Notes: a model not told the origin generated them from the sequence alone. A stretch of DNA of 64,000 nucleotides from an uncultured Acidobacteriota bacterium (GCA_963804995.1 CAWDSK010000003.1:736001-800000), one strand, 5' to 3'; shown: positions 32,791 to 44,346, counted from the stretch's first letter. A program made the numbers and translations.

Positions 32791-33032
32791 CACCTCTCCG
32801 GTAAACCGAAAAACCAGGAGTCCGCCTAACTGCCTTCCATGGATAGAGGCTTGGGCGAACGGTCGTTGCTAAGTTAAGAAGCGCGATCGAGCACCCTGAG
32901 GGTCTTATCGATTCCAGTACTCAACCGCAAGCTTCCAAGCCGCTCGGTGACTTCAGCGATTAAAAGAAAACGCCCATCGTGTTAAGGGCCGCGGAGGAGG
33001 ACTGAAATACGCCCACCTCCGCGCTACCCCGC

Positions 33033-35315
<2,283 letters not shown>

Positions 35316-35439
35316 TCAAAAGAATGTGACGAACTACGAATCCATCCGGGCTTTCCCATTTGCGCCATCGCCGCCGGCCGCGCTCGCTGGCAAGCGCCAC
35401 TCAAGCGGTGTCCATACAGTGTCCACACGCTGACAACAG

Positions 35440-35865
35440 TTAACCGGAAGCTTTCTGCCAAGCGCACTTCGTGCAGAGCCCCCGGAAAATGAGTTCGCAT
35501 TCGCGAACCACCCGCTTACCCAGGGAGCCCGAGGCGGGCCTGGGCACGTCGTGCCACCGAATGTCCTCAACCTTGCCGCAGCGGTCGCAGATGAAGTGGT
35601 GATGCCGCATGCCTTTCGCCTCGAATCGCGCGCCACGGCCCTCGAGGGCCACTTCACGCACCAACCCCGCCAGCAGCAAGTCCCGCAGATTGTTATAAGT
35701 CGTGGCCCTGGAAGAGCGCGGATCCACGCGATTCACGGCTTCGAAGATTTCCGCAGCCGTGGGATGCGTGTTGTGTTCCATCAAGAATGCCATCACGGCG
35801 TAACGCTGCGGAGTGCACCGCAACCCGCTGCCTTTCAGGGACTGTTTAATCGCCTCAGCATCCAT
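35440..35865 (-). CDS. Fur family regulator, PerR/FurA-like, upstream of katG
   Basis: GLRCTPQR, HPTA, ATTYNNL, HHHFICDRCG, C-terminal CTKC. Confidence 0.92.
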   Translation of the reverse strand: MDAEAIKQSLKGSGLRCTPQRYAVMAFLMEHNTHPTAAEIFEAVNRVDPRSSRATTYNNLRDLLLAGLVREVALEGRGARFEAKGMRHHHFICDRCGKVEDIRWHDVPRPASGSLGKRVVRECELIFRGLCTKCAWQKASG

Positions 35866-35872
35866 GAAGGAT

Positions 35873-35903
35873 TTAGACTATTTTTAATGTGATATTTTGT
35901 CAA
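35873..35903 (-). promoter_or_regulatory. sigma70 promoter TTGACA-N17-TAGTCT overlapped by a Per-box-like 15-mer
   Basis: -35 at 35903-35898, -10 at 35880-35875; TTAGACTATTTTTAA at 35873-35887. Confidence 0.6.
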
Positions 35904-35919
35904 GACTTGTGCTTCGGGT

Positions 35920-36085
35920 TGCTGCTGCGAGCAGAAAACTGGCGGATGCCGTATGGCGCGGGTAGCCACAGTCAGTGGTTTCCTGACTGTGGGTTCTTCC
36001 TGACGAGGGTCTCTGGTCGGCCCGGAAGAACTCCGCTTGGTGTTGGGTTGACCGTGAACTGGAAATCTCAAGGTTTGGCGGGCAT
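35920..36085 (+). pseudogene. possible degraded HicA toxin remnant
   Basis: LLRAENWRMPYGAGSHSQW..TRVSGRPG..KSQGL resembles HicA LLxxxGWxxxxxxGSHxQ..TVxGxP..KQAGL. Confidence 0.4.
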
Positions 36086-36157
36086 CCCTCGACAATCGCC
36101 AATCAGACATTTCGTCTGTGTGGTAGACTCATGCCCGTCCCAACCAGGAGGTTTGAC

Positions 36158-37294
36158 ATGCCAAACGACTCCGTTTCTCGCCGAGAGTTTCTGCATAACA
36201 TGGCCGCCGGTTCGACGGGTGCGGCGCTGGGCACGGTGCTTGCCGGCGCGCCCGCGAGCGCCGCCCACCCCGCGGTCGACGCCGAGCCGCCCTTTCCCCG
36301 TACCATGGAATCCTATCCCATCGTCCAGCCCGGCAAGGAAACCGATCGATTCAAGATCGTGAGCAAGTTTAATATGCCCGACTCTTTTGTGGAGCGCATC
36401 CGCGCCCTGTCACCGGGAATCGACCTGAAGACGCATCTTTCCCGCGACGCAATGCTCCGCGAGATTGCGGACGCCCACGTTTTGTACGGGCATTTTACGC
36501 GCGAGGAGTATGACGCTGGCAAGCGCCTGCGGTGGATTCAGTGGAGCGCCGCCGGGGTCGAAGAGATCATGTGGCCTGACCTGATCGCAAGCCCGATAGT
36601 GCTCACCAACATGCAGCGGTACTTTGCACCGGTCATCTCCGAAACCGCGATTGGGCTCATGCTCGCGCTCGCGCACGGCATTGGGCGCTACGCCGTCCAG
36701 ACTGAGCGCCATGAGTGGAAGGAAATTGAGAATTTGAATGAAATCAGCGGCATGACGCTGGGCATGGTCGGCCTGGGAGGGATTGGCACGGAAACGGCCC
36801 GTCGCGCCCACTTTGGATTTGGCATGACCGTCCTCGCCGTCGATCCCAAGCCCCTTCCCAAGCCCGATTTCGTGGCCGAACTGCACTCACTCGACTATCT
36901 GCCGCAGATGGCGGGGCGCGCGGACATTCTGATGTGCGCGGCGCCCCATACGCGGGTGTCCGAGGGGATGTTAAATGAGTCCATCTTCCGCGCTATGAAG
37001 AAGTCGGCGTACTTCATCAATATGTCGCGCGGTCCGATCGTGGATACGCCGGCCTTGGTGCGAGCCCTCAAAGAGGGCCGGATTGCCGGCGCGGGACTCA
37101 ACGTGGCTTACAAGGAACCCCTTCCTCCTGATGACGAGTTGTGGACGGCTCCGAATATCATCATCACCTGCCATACGTCCGGCAATTCGCCCAAGGTGGA
37201 GGGTCGCCAATTGGAACTCTTCACTGAAAACGTGCGCCGCTACGTCGCCGGTTTGCCTTTGCTTAACGTGGTGGATAAACAGCGCGGGTATTAG
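36158..37294 (+). CDS. D-2-hydroxyacid dehydrogenase family protein with Tat-like N-terminus
   Basis: SRREFL; GMVGLGGIG, FINMSRG, GAGLNV..EPLP, ITCHTSG, VVDKQRGY; AGGAGG RBS. Confidence 0.9.
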   Translation: MPNDSVSRREFLHNMAAGSTGAALGTVLAGAPASAAHPAVDAEPPFPRTMESYPIVQPGKETDRFKIVSKFNMPDSFVERIRALSPGIDLKTHLSRDAMLREIADAHVLYGHFTREEYDAGKRLRWIQWSAAGVEEIMWPDLIASPIVLTNMQRYFAPVISETAIGLMLALAHGIGRYAVQTERHEWKEIENLNEISGMTLGMVGLGGIGTETARRAHFGFGMTVLAVDPKPLPKPDFVAELHSLDYLPQMAGRADILMCAAPHTRVSEGMLNESIFRAMKKSAYFINMSRGPIVDTPALVRALKEGRIAGAGLNVAYKEPLPPDDELWTAPNIIITCHTSGNSPKVEGRQLELFTENVRRYVAGLPLLNVVDKQRGY

Positions 37295-37508
37295 ATCGGG
37301 ATGGTGGGTAGCCACGGAGTCGCCGCGGCTGAAAGTCCGCCAATCTTAATGGTGGACGACCCCTTCTGTCCGTGAACTTTTCTCATGTCCGCGGGTGGCG
37401 CATACGGCCCGACGCACTTTGTCCGGATGTATGCGGCCTTGATGCACCAAGTGAGGTGATCACATACATGCCAAAACGCGTCAGGTATCCGTCAGCCGAC
37501 GGATTCCA

Positions 37509-37558
37509 GTGCGGCCTTTCACTTCGTGTTCGCGACAAGAAATATCGTATCGCTGCTG
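37509..37558 (+). repeat. 50-bp direct repeat (second copy 38405-38454), probable Y1/RAYT 5' remnants
   Basis: 44/50 identical by manual alignment; translates FHFVFATRNIV. Confidence 0.6.
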
Positions 37559-37624
37559 GAATTTGGGAAGATCCGCGGAGGAATCCGCCGGCTGGCGGAT
37601 ACCTCGAAGCTACCGGCTTACGGC

Positions 37625-38037
37625 TCAGGGAATCAGCTTAAGGTGTGGGAAACGGCGGAAGTCCTTCTTGTTGAAGGTGGCCAACACCGGGGTTTTGGTT
37701 TCCTCGGCCAGAGCGACAAGATAGGCGTCCACGATTTCGATGTTGTGGGCGCGGTAAATCTCGATACACCGCGAAACCACCCGCGGCTCAAGCGCCGTCA
37801 CGCCCGGAAGTTCTCGAGGAGGGCCTCGAGCAAGCCCGCGATGTATTCCCGGCTGGCCCGGTAGAACGATTCCAAGGTCCAGACGACTTGGGCGATCACC
37901 AGGCTGGGGACGAGCAAGCGCAGGGCGCCCTCGCCCGCCTGCTCAAAAAGCCGTAGCGCCTGCCGCCGATGGGACGGATCATCTCCGAGAGCGTGGCGCA
38001 AAATTACATTGGTGTCCAGCAAGACTTCTTCAACCAT
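37625..38037 (-). pseudogene. vapC: VapC PIN toxin with a frameshift near 37810
   Basis: LLDTNVILR..VVWTLES..ALLE, then shifted LPGV..IVDAYLVALA..ATFNKKDF..LIP*. Confidence 0.8.
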
Positions 38038-38290
38038 GGGCAAGCTCCCGCGCCGTCCTCGCGGCAACCGCTTTCTTCACGCGACGCCGGACTTCCGCGT
38101 CCGAAAGCCCCGGCTGCGGAGAACGCAAAGTTCCGGCCCAATGCACGATGGTCTTCCGCACCGGGCGCACCTTGATGCCGTCTGCCTCCTCTTCAAAGGC
38201 CACCCGGCTGCCCGCCCCCAGATTAAATCGCCGGCGCAATTCCTGCGGCAGCGTCACCTGCCCCTTGACGGTCAGGCGTGAGGTTTTCAT
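38030..38290 (-). CDS. AbrB/MazE family antitoxin
   Basis: SRLTVKGQVTLPQELRRRFNLGAGSRVAF; GTATTAC repeats upstream (38313-38340). Confidence 0.88.
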   Translation of the reverse strand: MKTSRLTVKGQVTLPQELRRRFNLGAGSRVAFEEEADGIKVRPVRKTIVHWAGTLRSPQPGLSDAEVRRRVKKAVAARTARELAHG

Positions 38291-38532
38291 ACACATTTTC
38301 CTCCAGGCTTCGGTATTACCATATCACAAAGAAGTATTACTATCCATCGGTGGTGGCAGCGCGAAGCAGCGGGCAGCGCACAGCTATGCGTATTTTGCGT
38401 TCCGGTGCGGTTTTTCACTTCGTGTTTGCGACCAGAAACATCGTAACGCTGCTGAGAAAACCGAGCCCCTTCGGGGCTCAAAAGTCAAAACTCCTGTTGC
38501 CAGCTACTCAACGGAGAACACCCCGACAGCCG

Positions 38533-38603
38533 GGCTGGCACAGGACGAGCGCAGCCCTCCGATTCTGGTGCGATTAGATGACGTGAAGCGCAGAGCTGCG
38601 CTC
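38533..38603. repeat. RAYT-end REP doublet (degenerate)
   Basis: ggctggcacaggacgagcgcagccctccgattctggtgcgattagatgacgtgaagcgcagagctgcgctc. Confidence 0.85.
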
Positions 38604-38642
38604 TCATCCCGCCCGTCCGTGTCTGATAGTCAAAAGCCTCTT

Positions 38643-38921
38643 CTACACCAGCTCGATCGATACCCGTCGCCCCACCATGGCTGCTGCCCGCTGCAGGCTG
38701 GAAAGCGTGATGTCGTTTTTGGGATCGAGCAGACGGTCAACCTGGGTCCGGCTCGTCTTAAGCAGCGCCGCCATCCGCGACTTGGATATTTTCTTTTTCT
38801 TCATGGCCTGGGCGAGCTGCCACGCCACCACCTCCTTAATGGCCTGAGCTTGCGCCTCTTCAAAGATGCCTTCCTCCCTGAGAAAATTATCGAGGCTCGA
38901 ACCCATATGTTTCTTGCTCAT
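38643..38921 (-). CDS. XRE/HigA-like antitoxin, orphan (no adjacent RelE-type toxin)
   Basis: HMGSSLDNFLREEG..KEVVAWQL..SKSRMA..TSRTQVDRLLDP..TLSSLQRAA. Confidence 0.85.
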   Translation of the reverse strand: MSKKHMGSSLDNFLREEGIFEEAQAQAIKEVVAWQLAQAMKKKKISKSRMAALLKTSRTQVDRLLDPKNDITLSSLQRAAAMVGRRVSIELV

Positions 38922-38994
38922 GGCTCTAACTCCTTATGGATCAGTGTACCTTATAATGTACAGGCGAGCAAGCTCATTAACCTAAAGCTGGGCC

Positions 38995-39075
38995 GGTTGG
39001 CGCAGGGCGAGCGTAGCCCTGCGATTCTGGTGCGTTTAGATGACCTGAAGCGCAGAGCTGCGCTCCGCGCCAGCC
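38995..39075. repeat. RAYT-end REP doublet
   Basis: ggttggcgcagggcgagcgtagccctgcgatt..gcgcagagctgcgctccgcgccagcc. Confidence 0.9.
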
Positions 39076-39145
39076 CGCCTCTGCTACCCTGCTCCGAAAA
39101 ACTGCGCTAGAACCAGGGGGAATAGAAGCGTAGAATAGTGGGGTT

Positions 39146-39628
39146 ATGTCCTTTAAAGTTTTCTTGAGTCACAGCCTCGATCCTGCCGAGCAAGCGCTGG
39201 CTTGGCGGTTGCAAACCCTGGCGGCTGCACACGGCATTGAGATGTACGTGCCACGCCGCGGGTTTACGTTTCCTTCGAGAATGATTGGCGCGGGCGGCGT
39301 TGAGAAGGCCATTGATCGCGCGGACTGTGTTTTGGCGATTATCACTGCGGAAGCGAATGCGAGCGTCCAGAAAGAGCTTAAATATGCTCTCGCAAAACGA
39401 AAGCTTGTAATCCCCATTGTGCACTCGGAAGTGCCGAGCAATGGCCTCGTTGCGCAATTTCCCCGTGTCTTCACATTCTCGCCAGGGGACAATCCGGGAA
39501 AGGTTGAGGCGGAAGTTGTCGAATTCCTGCAACAGCAACACCTCAGTAAGGGAAAACGGCAAGCAGCCGGAGCCCTTGTCGCAGCGGGCCTCGCCTTGCT
39601 TCTACTCTTCTCACTTAGCGAAAAATAG
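39146..39628 (+). CDS. TIR-domain protein with C-terminal hydrophobic segment
   Basis: KVFLSHS, AIDRADCVLAIIT, SVQKELKYA (candidate catalytic Glu), KLVIPIV; C-terminal GALVAAGLALLLLFSL. Confidence 0.82.
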   Translation: MSFKVFLSHSLDPAEQALAWRLQTLAAAHGIEMYVPRRGFTFPSRMIGAGGVEKAIDRADCVLAIITAEANASVQKELKYALAKRKLVIPIVHSEVPSNGLVAQFPRVFTFSPGDNPGKVEAEVVEFLQQQHLSKGKRQAAGALVAAGLALLLLFSLSEK

Positions 39629-40122
39629 TGCGTATTGCCGTCGTAGACAGTTCCCCGCTCATTTACCTCACGCACCTCGGCCTCGCCGCAGAGCTATCCA
39701 GGTTTTTCGATGTCGTTTATGTCCCGCGAGTAGTTCATGAGGAAGTGAACAGGAAGGGCCGATTTCGGTATCGCCTTAAGAAACTGTACCAATCCGGCTG
39801 CTTTCTAAGATGCATGGCAGCGGACAGGACAAATGTCCGCTTACTGATGGCTCAATTACACGAAGGCGAGTCTGAGGCTCTTGTTCAAGCGGAGGAAAAG
39901 GCCGCTGAGTTCTTCATCGGTGATGAAAAGGATGCACGTGAGATTGGCAGGCTCAAGGGATTTAAACCTGTGGGAACAGTCCGCCTCCTGGCGCGACTGC
40001 ACCTTGAGGGTCGAGCCACGGATCCCCTAGCCTTGGTGCGAAAGCTCCGTCGAGACCTCAACTTCCGAGCTACTGAGACCGTAGTGAACGAAGCAATTGC
40101 GATGGCTTCCCAACCCATCTGA
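39628..40122 (+). CDS. DUF3368/COG2405-like PIN-domain protein
   Basis: VVDSSPLIYL, VYVPRVVHEE, LHEGESEAL, IGDEKDAR, GTVRLL; GTG overlaps the TIR stop. Confidence 0.82.
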   Translation: MRIAVVDSSPLIYLTHLGLAAELSRFFDVVYVPRVVHEEVNRKGRFRYRLKKLYQSGCFLRCMAADRTNVRLLMAQLHEGESEALVQAEEKAAEFFIGDEKDAREIGRLKGFKPVGTVRLLARLHLEGRATDPLALVRKLRRDLNFRATETVVNEAIAMASQPI

Positions 40123-40154
40123 AAGAGGCTTACACCGAGCAGGCGGTCACGGAC

Positions 40155-40235
40155 GGCTGGCGCAGGGCGAGCGCAGCCCTGCGATTCTGGTGCGATTAGA
40201 TGACGTGAATCGCAGACCTGCGCTATGCGCCAGCC
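40155..40235. repeat. RAYT-end REP doublet (best-conserved copy)
   Basis: ggctggcgcagggcgagcgcagccctgcgattctggtgcgattagatgacgtgaatcgcagacctgcgctatgcgccagcc. Confidence 0.92.
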
Positions 40236-40458
40236 CGCCAGTTTCCGAACAGGCAACGATATAGGATACCCTCCGGCGTCTCAGAGGATCCGTGTTGGAC
40301 GAGAGCCATTTTCCGTGATGGTGACTTTTCAGGCGGGATCCGACGTAGCAGTGAAACCTCGTGAGCGGCCACAACTTGCAGTTGGTCGAGCGAAGGAGTT
40401 TGTCGGCGAACAATCGGAGAGCACATTCCGAGTGGGCGGACTTGAAGGAGTTGGGCGA

Positions 40459-40803
40459 CTACGCGGCGCTTCGGCGGAATACGGGATGGTCTTGGTGAAT
40501 CTGGGGATGCGCGGGGGCGGTTTTCCGATAAATGAACACGATTTTACCGGGCTCGGCGGCGTCTTCGAGATCGAGTTCGAGTCCGCAGTCATTTACGAAA
40601 TGGTCGCGAATGGCTTGGGCGGCGCTGAGTGTGAACGCTTCACGGTAGATTAGGCCATCACCCAGGTCCGCTACGAGGTGGTTTTGGAAAAACGGCCCGC
40701 GCGGGTCTTTGGCTGTGCCCACGCACCAGTCGCTCGGACTGCCACCGAATTTCTGAATGTGCTGTTCGATCTCAGCGATAATCTCGCCGCGATTGCTGGG
40801 CAT
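40459..40803 (-). CDS. hypothetical protein (intact paralog of 10919-11226)
   Basis: MPSNRGEIIAEIEQHIQKFGG..WCVGTAKDP..KIVFIYRK; RBS GGGAGAGG; degenerate REP at 40846-40877 upstream. Confidence 0.75.
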   Translation of the reverse strand: MPSNRGEIIAEIEQHIQKFGGSPSDWCVGTAKDPRGPFFQNHLVADLGDGLIYREAFTLSAAQAIRDHFVNDCGLELDLEDAAEPGKIVFIYRKTAPAHPQIHQDHPVFRRSAA

Positions 40804-40887
40804 GGTTGTGGCCCTCTCCCGGACCAACTGACTTGATTTGCCCTAAGTCGCAAAACTGGGCTCGTTCTGCGCCAGCCGGCTACTCGA

Positions 40888-41388
40888 TCACATCTTTATG
40901 GGCGGCGAGTATATTATTACCTCGCCTGGCCTGTCGTAAGGAGGGAATGCGCCGTAGAGTTCCCGCTTGATGACTCTTTTCGCGTCGAAGTAGATATGAA
41001 CCGAGTATGTGTCGGCGCCGTGGGCCCCTCCGGTCACAAGCATAAAGGTTCCCTTTTCCAATGTTAGCTGTGCTCCTCTCACATTGAAAAGGGTCGCATA
41101 GGCATCCCAGGGAACCGCCAGTGCCTTCCCATCGACAACAATGGTCATGTCCTCAACAAAGGAGGCCTCATTGTAGCCGTCCTTTAGAAACACGGGAAAA
41201 CCTGGATCGGACTTGTTCAGCAGGATGGTGCGGAATGTAATCTGTACCTTCTTGCCTCCCAGCACTGCCTGCAGAGAAGCTTCGCCCGACTTTGGGATCT
41301 TCACTTCGTCCGGCGCAGCATGGGAAAAACCGGTAGCCAACAAACAGGAAATGACAACCGTAAGCAGAGTACGCGCCGGATAGTTCAT
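40888..41388 (-). CDS. secreted hypothetical protein
   Basis: Signal peptide MNYPARTLLTVVISCLLATGFSHA; GGAGGT RBS. Confidence 0.7.
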   Translation of the reverse strand: MNYPARTLLTVVISCLLATGFSHAAPDEVKIPKSGEASLQAVLGGKKVQITFRTILLNKSDPGFPVFLKDGYNEASFVEDMTIVVDGKALAVPWDAYATLFNVRGAQLTLEKGTFMLVTGGAHGADTYSVHIYFDAKRVIKRELYGAFPPYDRPGEVIIYSPPIKM

Positions 41389-41490
41389 TTCACCACCTCC
41401 AAATCACGAATTCCACTGTTTCCGATGGACTCTAAAACGTTCAAAGGCTCAACTATGCAACCCTGCGAATCACCCATTGTTTTAAAGGCG

Positions 41491-42150
41491 GGCTGGCGCA
41501 GAGCGAGCTCAGCTCTGCGATTCACGTCTCTGACCCTACCCGCCGATATAATTATTATGCCGATCTATGGACGCCATTTCGAGCCCGGCCAGTTGCAGTT
41601 CATCACCACCAGCACTTATCGCCGCAGCCGGCTATTTACCTGTCAGCGCTTCTGCTGGACCTTTGTCGAAACTCTCCGCCAAGTCCGCCAGGAGACCGGA
41701 TTCCTCCTGATTGGCTGGGTGTTAATGCCGGAACACTTTCACCTGCTCCTTAAACCCCAACCCGCCGAGCAAATCGTCCGCTTCATGCAGGAGCTCAAGA
41801 AGCGATCCGCGCAGCAGATTATCGCCGCCCTTGCCAGGAATCAACACCAGCCCACGTGCCGCACCACGCTGGCCCGGCTGCAACTGCCCCCCACCGTCCA
41901 CAGTGATTCGCACTATCGGCTGTGGCAGAGGCGCTATGTCCCGTTTAACGTTTTCACGGAGAAAAACCGCTTGCAGAAGCTCAACTACATGCACGGCAAT
42001 CCGGTAAAGAGAAGGCTGGTGAGCTCTCCCGATCAATGGCCCTGGTCAAGCTTTCGATTCTATTATCTGAATGATTCGTCCGTCTTGAGCATGGACCGGT
42101 TGAGTTGACTCGCACTAAGTCGCAGGGCTGCGCTCGCCCTGCGCCAGCCA
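41491..42150 (+). mobile_element. RAYT element bounded by inverted GGCTGGCGCA hairpin REPs
   Basis: Left ggctggcgcagagcgagctcagctctgcga; right tcgcagggctgcgctcgccctgcgccagcc. Confidence 0.85.
41557..42108 (+). CDS. rayT: REP-associated tyrosine transposase (Y1 HUH)
   Basis: FITTSTYRR, WVLMPEHFHLL (HUH), LWQRRY, YMHGNPVKRRLV..WPWSS; TATAAT 4 nt before ATG. Confidence 0.92.
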   Translation: MPIYGRHFEPGQLQFITTSTYRRSRLFTCQRFCWTFVETLRQVRQETGFLLIGWVLMPEHFHLLLKPQPAEQIVRFMQELKKRSAQQIIAALARNQHQPTCRTTLARLQLPPTVHSDSHYRLWQRRYVPFNVFTEKNRLQKLNYMHGNPVKRRLVSSPDQWPWSSFRFYYLNDSSVLSMDRLS

Positions 42151-42155
42151 GCCCG

Positions 42156-44346
42156 TATCGTTATCGTCGGATTCGAGAAGGAGGATGACGAAATTTAGTG
42201 GGGGGGGTGAAAGCACCGGGGCGTCCGGTAGGAGCGAATGGAGACGCCGCAGGGCCGCCAGAGCAAGTCAAAAGGCAAAGCGCAAAAGGCAAAAGTCAAA
42301 AGTGAGGCGTCCCCTCCTGAGAATCCCGCCCCCCGCGCAGTGCCCCCGACACTCCCCCCTATCGTTATCGGCGGGTGGGGCGACGAACGTGAGAGATTTT
42401 GAGACCGTCGAAAACCCTCGGCGAAAATGGGTTGGCTGCGCCGAAGGCGCTTTGGGAGTGCGGCCGCGAAGCTGCCGCTTTGGTGCGAACACGGCCGCGC
42501 CAATCAGGACTTCAGACGCAAGTTGCAACATTCGGATGCAAAATGGGCGGAGAGACCCCTCATCCGGCTTCGTCCCTCCGCCACCTTCTCCCTAGGGAGA
42601 AGGAACGAAGTCGCGGGGCGCGCGATCGCGCGCTGTAAACCCTGGGCGGCCGCGAAGCTGCCGCTTTTCTTTCCGCCCGGCGGGTTGCTGTCCCGGCTGT
42701 GGCGCGCGGCGGGAGCAGAAAGCGGTAGCTCCGCGACCGCACTCCGAAAGCGCGTCGCGCCCTCGAGGCCACGGTGATGAGGGGAAGGTCATCAACCGAT
42801 CGCGAAGGCGATGACACGCCGCGGAAGGTCGCTCCGCCGGTGCCGCCCTCTAGGGAGGTACTACTTCGGGAACGAAAATTTAAGCTCGCGGCCCATTTCG
42901 AAGACGGGCTTCTTGCGGCGCTTGATGAGTGTGGCGTTTTCGGAGAGGGCGGAAACCAGGATGGGCATGGCGATGGTCGAATCGCATTGCACGCTGACCA
43001 TGCTGGCGTCGTGCGCGATTTTCCCCCAGCTTTGAGCTTCTTCGAAGGTGCAGCCGGAAAGCCCGCCAAAGTGCGGTGCGTCAATCACGACCTGAATGGC
43101 ATACTTATGGCCTTCGGTCGATTTGCGCAGGAAGGCCGCGGTGACTTCCGTCTGCTGCACAAAGTTTTTCGGCGTACCTCCTCCAAAATAGACCACGCCG
43201 CAGGGTCGCAAGAGCAGGTCAAAAGGCAAAGCGCAAAGGCAAAAGTGAGGAGTCCCCTCCTGAGAATCCCGCCCCCCGCGCAGTGCCCCCGACACTCCCC
43301 CGTACCGTTATCGGCGGATTCCAGAAGGAGGATGACGAAATTTACTGGGGGGTGAAAGCACCGGGGCGTCCGGCGGGAGCGAATGGACACGCCGCAGGGC
43401 CGCAAGAGCAAGTCAAAAGGCAAAGCGCAAAAGGCAAAAGTCAAAAGTGAGGAGTCCTCGCCTGAGAATCCCGCCCCCCGCGCAGTACCCCCGACACTCC
43501 CCCGTATCGTTATCGGCGGGTGGGGCGACGAACATGAGAGATTTTGGGACCGTCGAAAACCCTCGGCGAAAATGGGTTGGCTGCGCCGAAGGCGCTTTGG
43601 GAGTGCGGCCGCGAAGCTGCCGCTTTGGTGCGAACACGGCCGCGCCAATCAGGACTTCAGACGCAAGTTGCAACATTCGGATGCAAAATGGGCGGAGAGA
43701 CCCCTCATCCGGCTTCGTCCCTCCGCCACCTTCTCCCTAGGGAGAAGGAACGAAGTCGCGGGGCGCGCGATCGCGCGCTGTAAACCCTGGGCGGCCGCGA
43801 AGCTGCCGCTTTTCTTTCCGCCCGGCGGGTTGCTGTCCCGGCTGTGGCGCGCGGCAGGAGCAGAAAGCGGTAGCTCCGCGACCGCACTCCGAAAGCGCGT
43901 TGCGCCCTCGAAGCCACGGTGATGAGGGGAAGGTCATCAACCGATCGCGAAGGCGATGACACGCCGCGGAAGGTCGCTCCGCCGGTGCCGCCCTCTAGGG
44001 AGGTACTACTTCGGGAACGAAAACTTAAGTTCGCGGCCCATCTCGAAGACGGGCTTTTTGCGGCGCTTGATGAGTGTGGCGTTTTCGGAGAGGGCGGAAA
44101 CCAGCATGGGCATGGCGATGGTGGAATCGCATTGCACGCTGACCATGCTGGCGTCGTGGGCGATTTTCCCCCAGCTTTGAGCTTCTTCGAAGGTGCAGCC
44201 GGAAAGCCCGCCAAAGTGCGGTGCGTCAATCACGACCTGAATGGCGTACTTATGGCCTTCGGTCGATTTGCGCAGGAAGGCGGCGGTGACCTCCGTCTGC
44301 TGCACGAAGTTCTTCGGCGTGCCTCCTCCAAAATAGACGACGCCGC
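42156..44346. repeat. tandem duplication, 1145-bp offset (42156-43201 / 43301-44346): repeat mosaic + 3' third of the DHS-like gene
   Basis: Near-identical blocks; ORF-track pairs are offset by 1145. Confidence 0.93.
42861..43201 (-). pseudogene. duplicated 3' fragment of the deoxyhypusine-synthase-like gene
   Basis: GVVYFGGGTPKNF..KFSFPK, 14 nt differences from 44006-44345. Confidence 0.92.

Noticed and set aside
38148..39110. 320-aa ORF
   Set aside because: Runs through two REP doublets and antisense to two real genes
38533..40235. CRISPR array from the recurring ~30-bp palindromes
   Set aside because: Spacing is irregular (hundreds of bp with genes between), copies form inverted doublets, and there are no cas genes
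41557..42108. IS200/IS605 TnpA with TnpB
   Set aside because: No tnpB nearby; the NPV..WPWSS C-terminus and inverted REP flanks fit RAYT
37400..42150. Classical integron
   Set aside because: No tyrosine integrase, no RYYYAAC..GTTRRRY attC ends recognised, and mixed gene orientation
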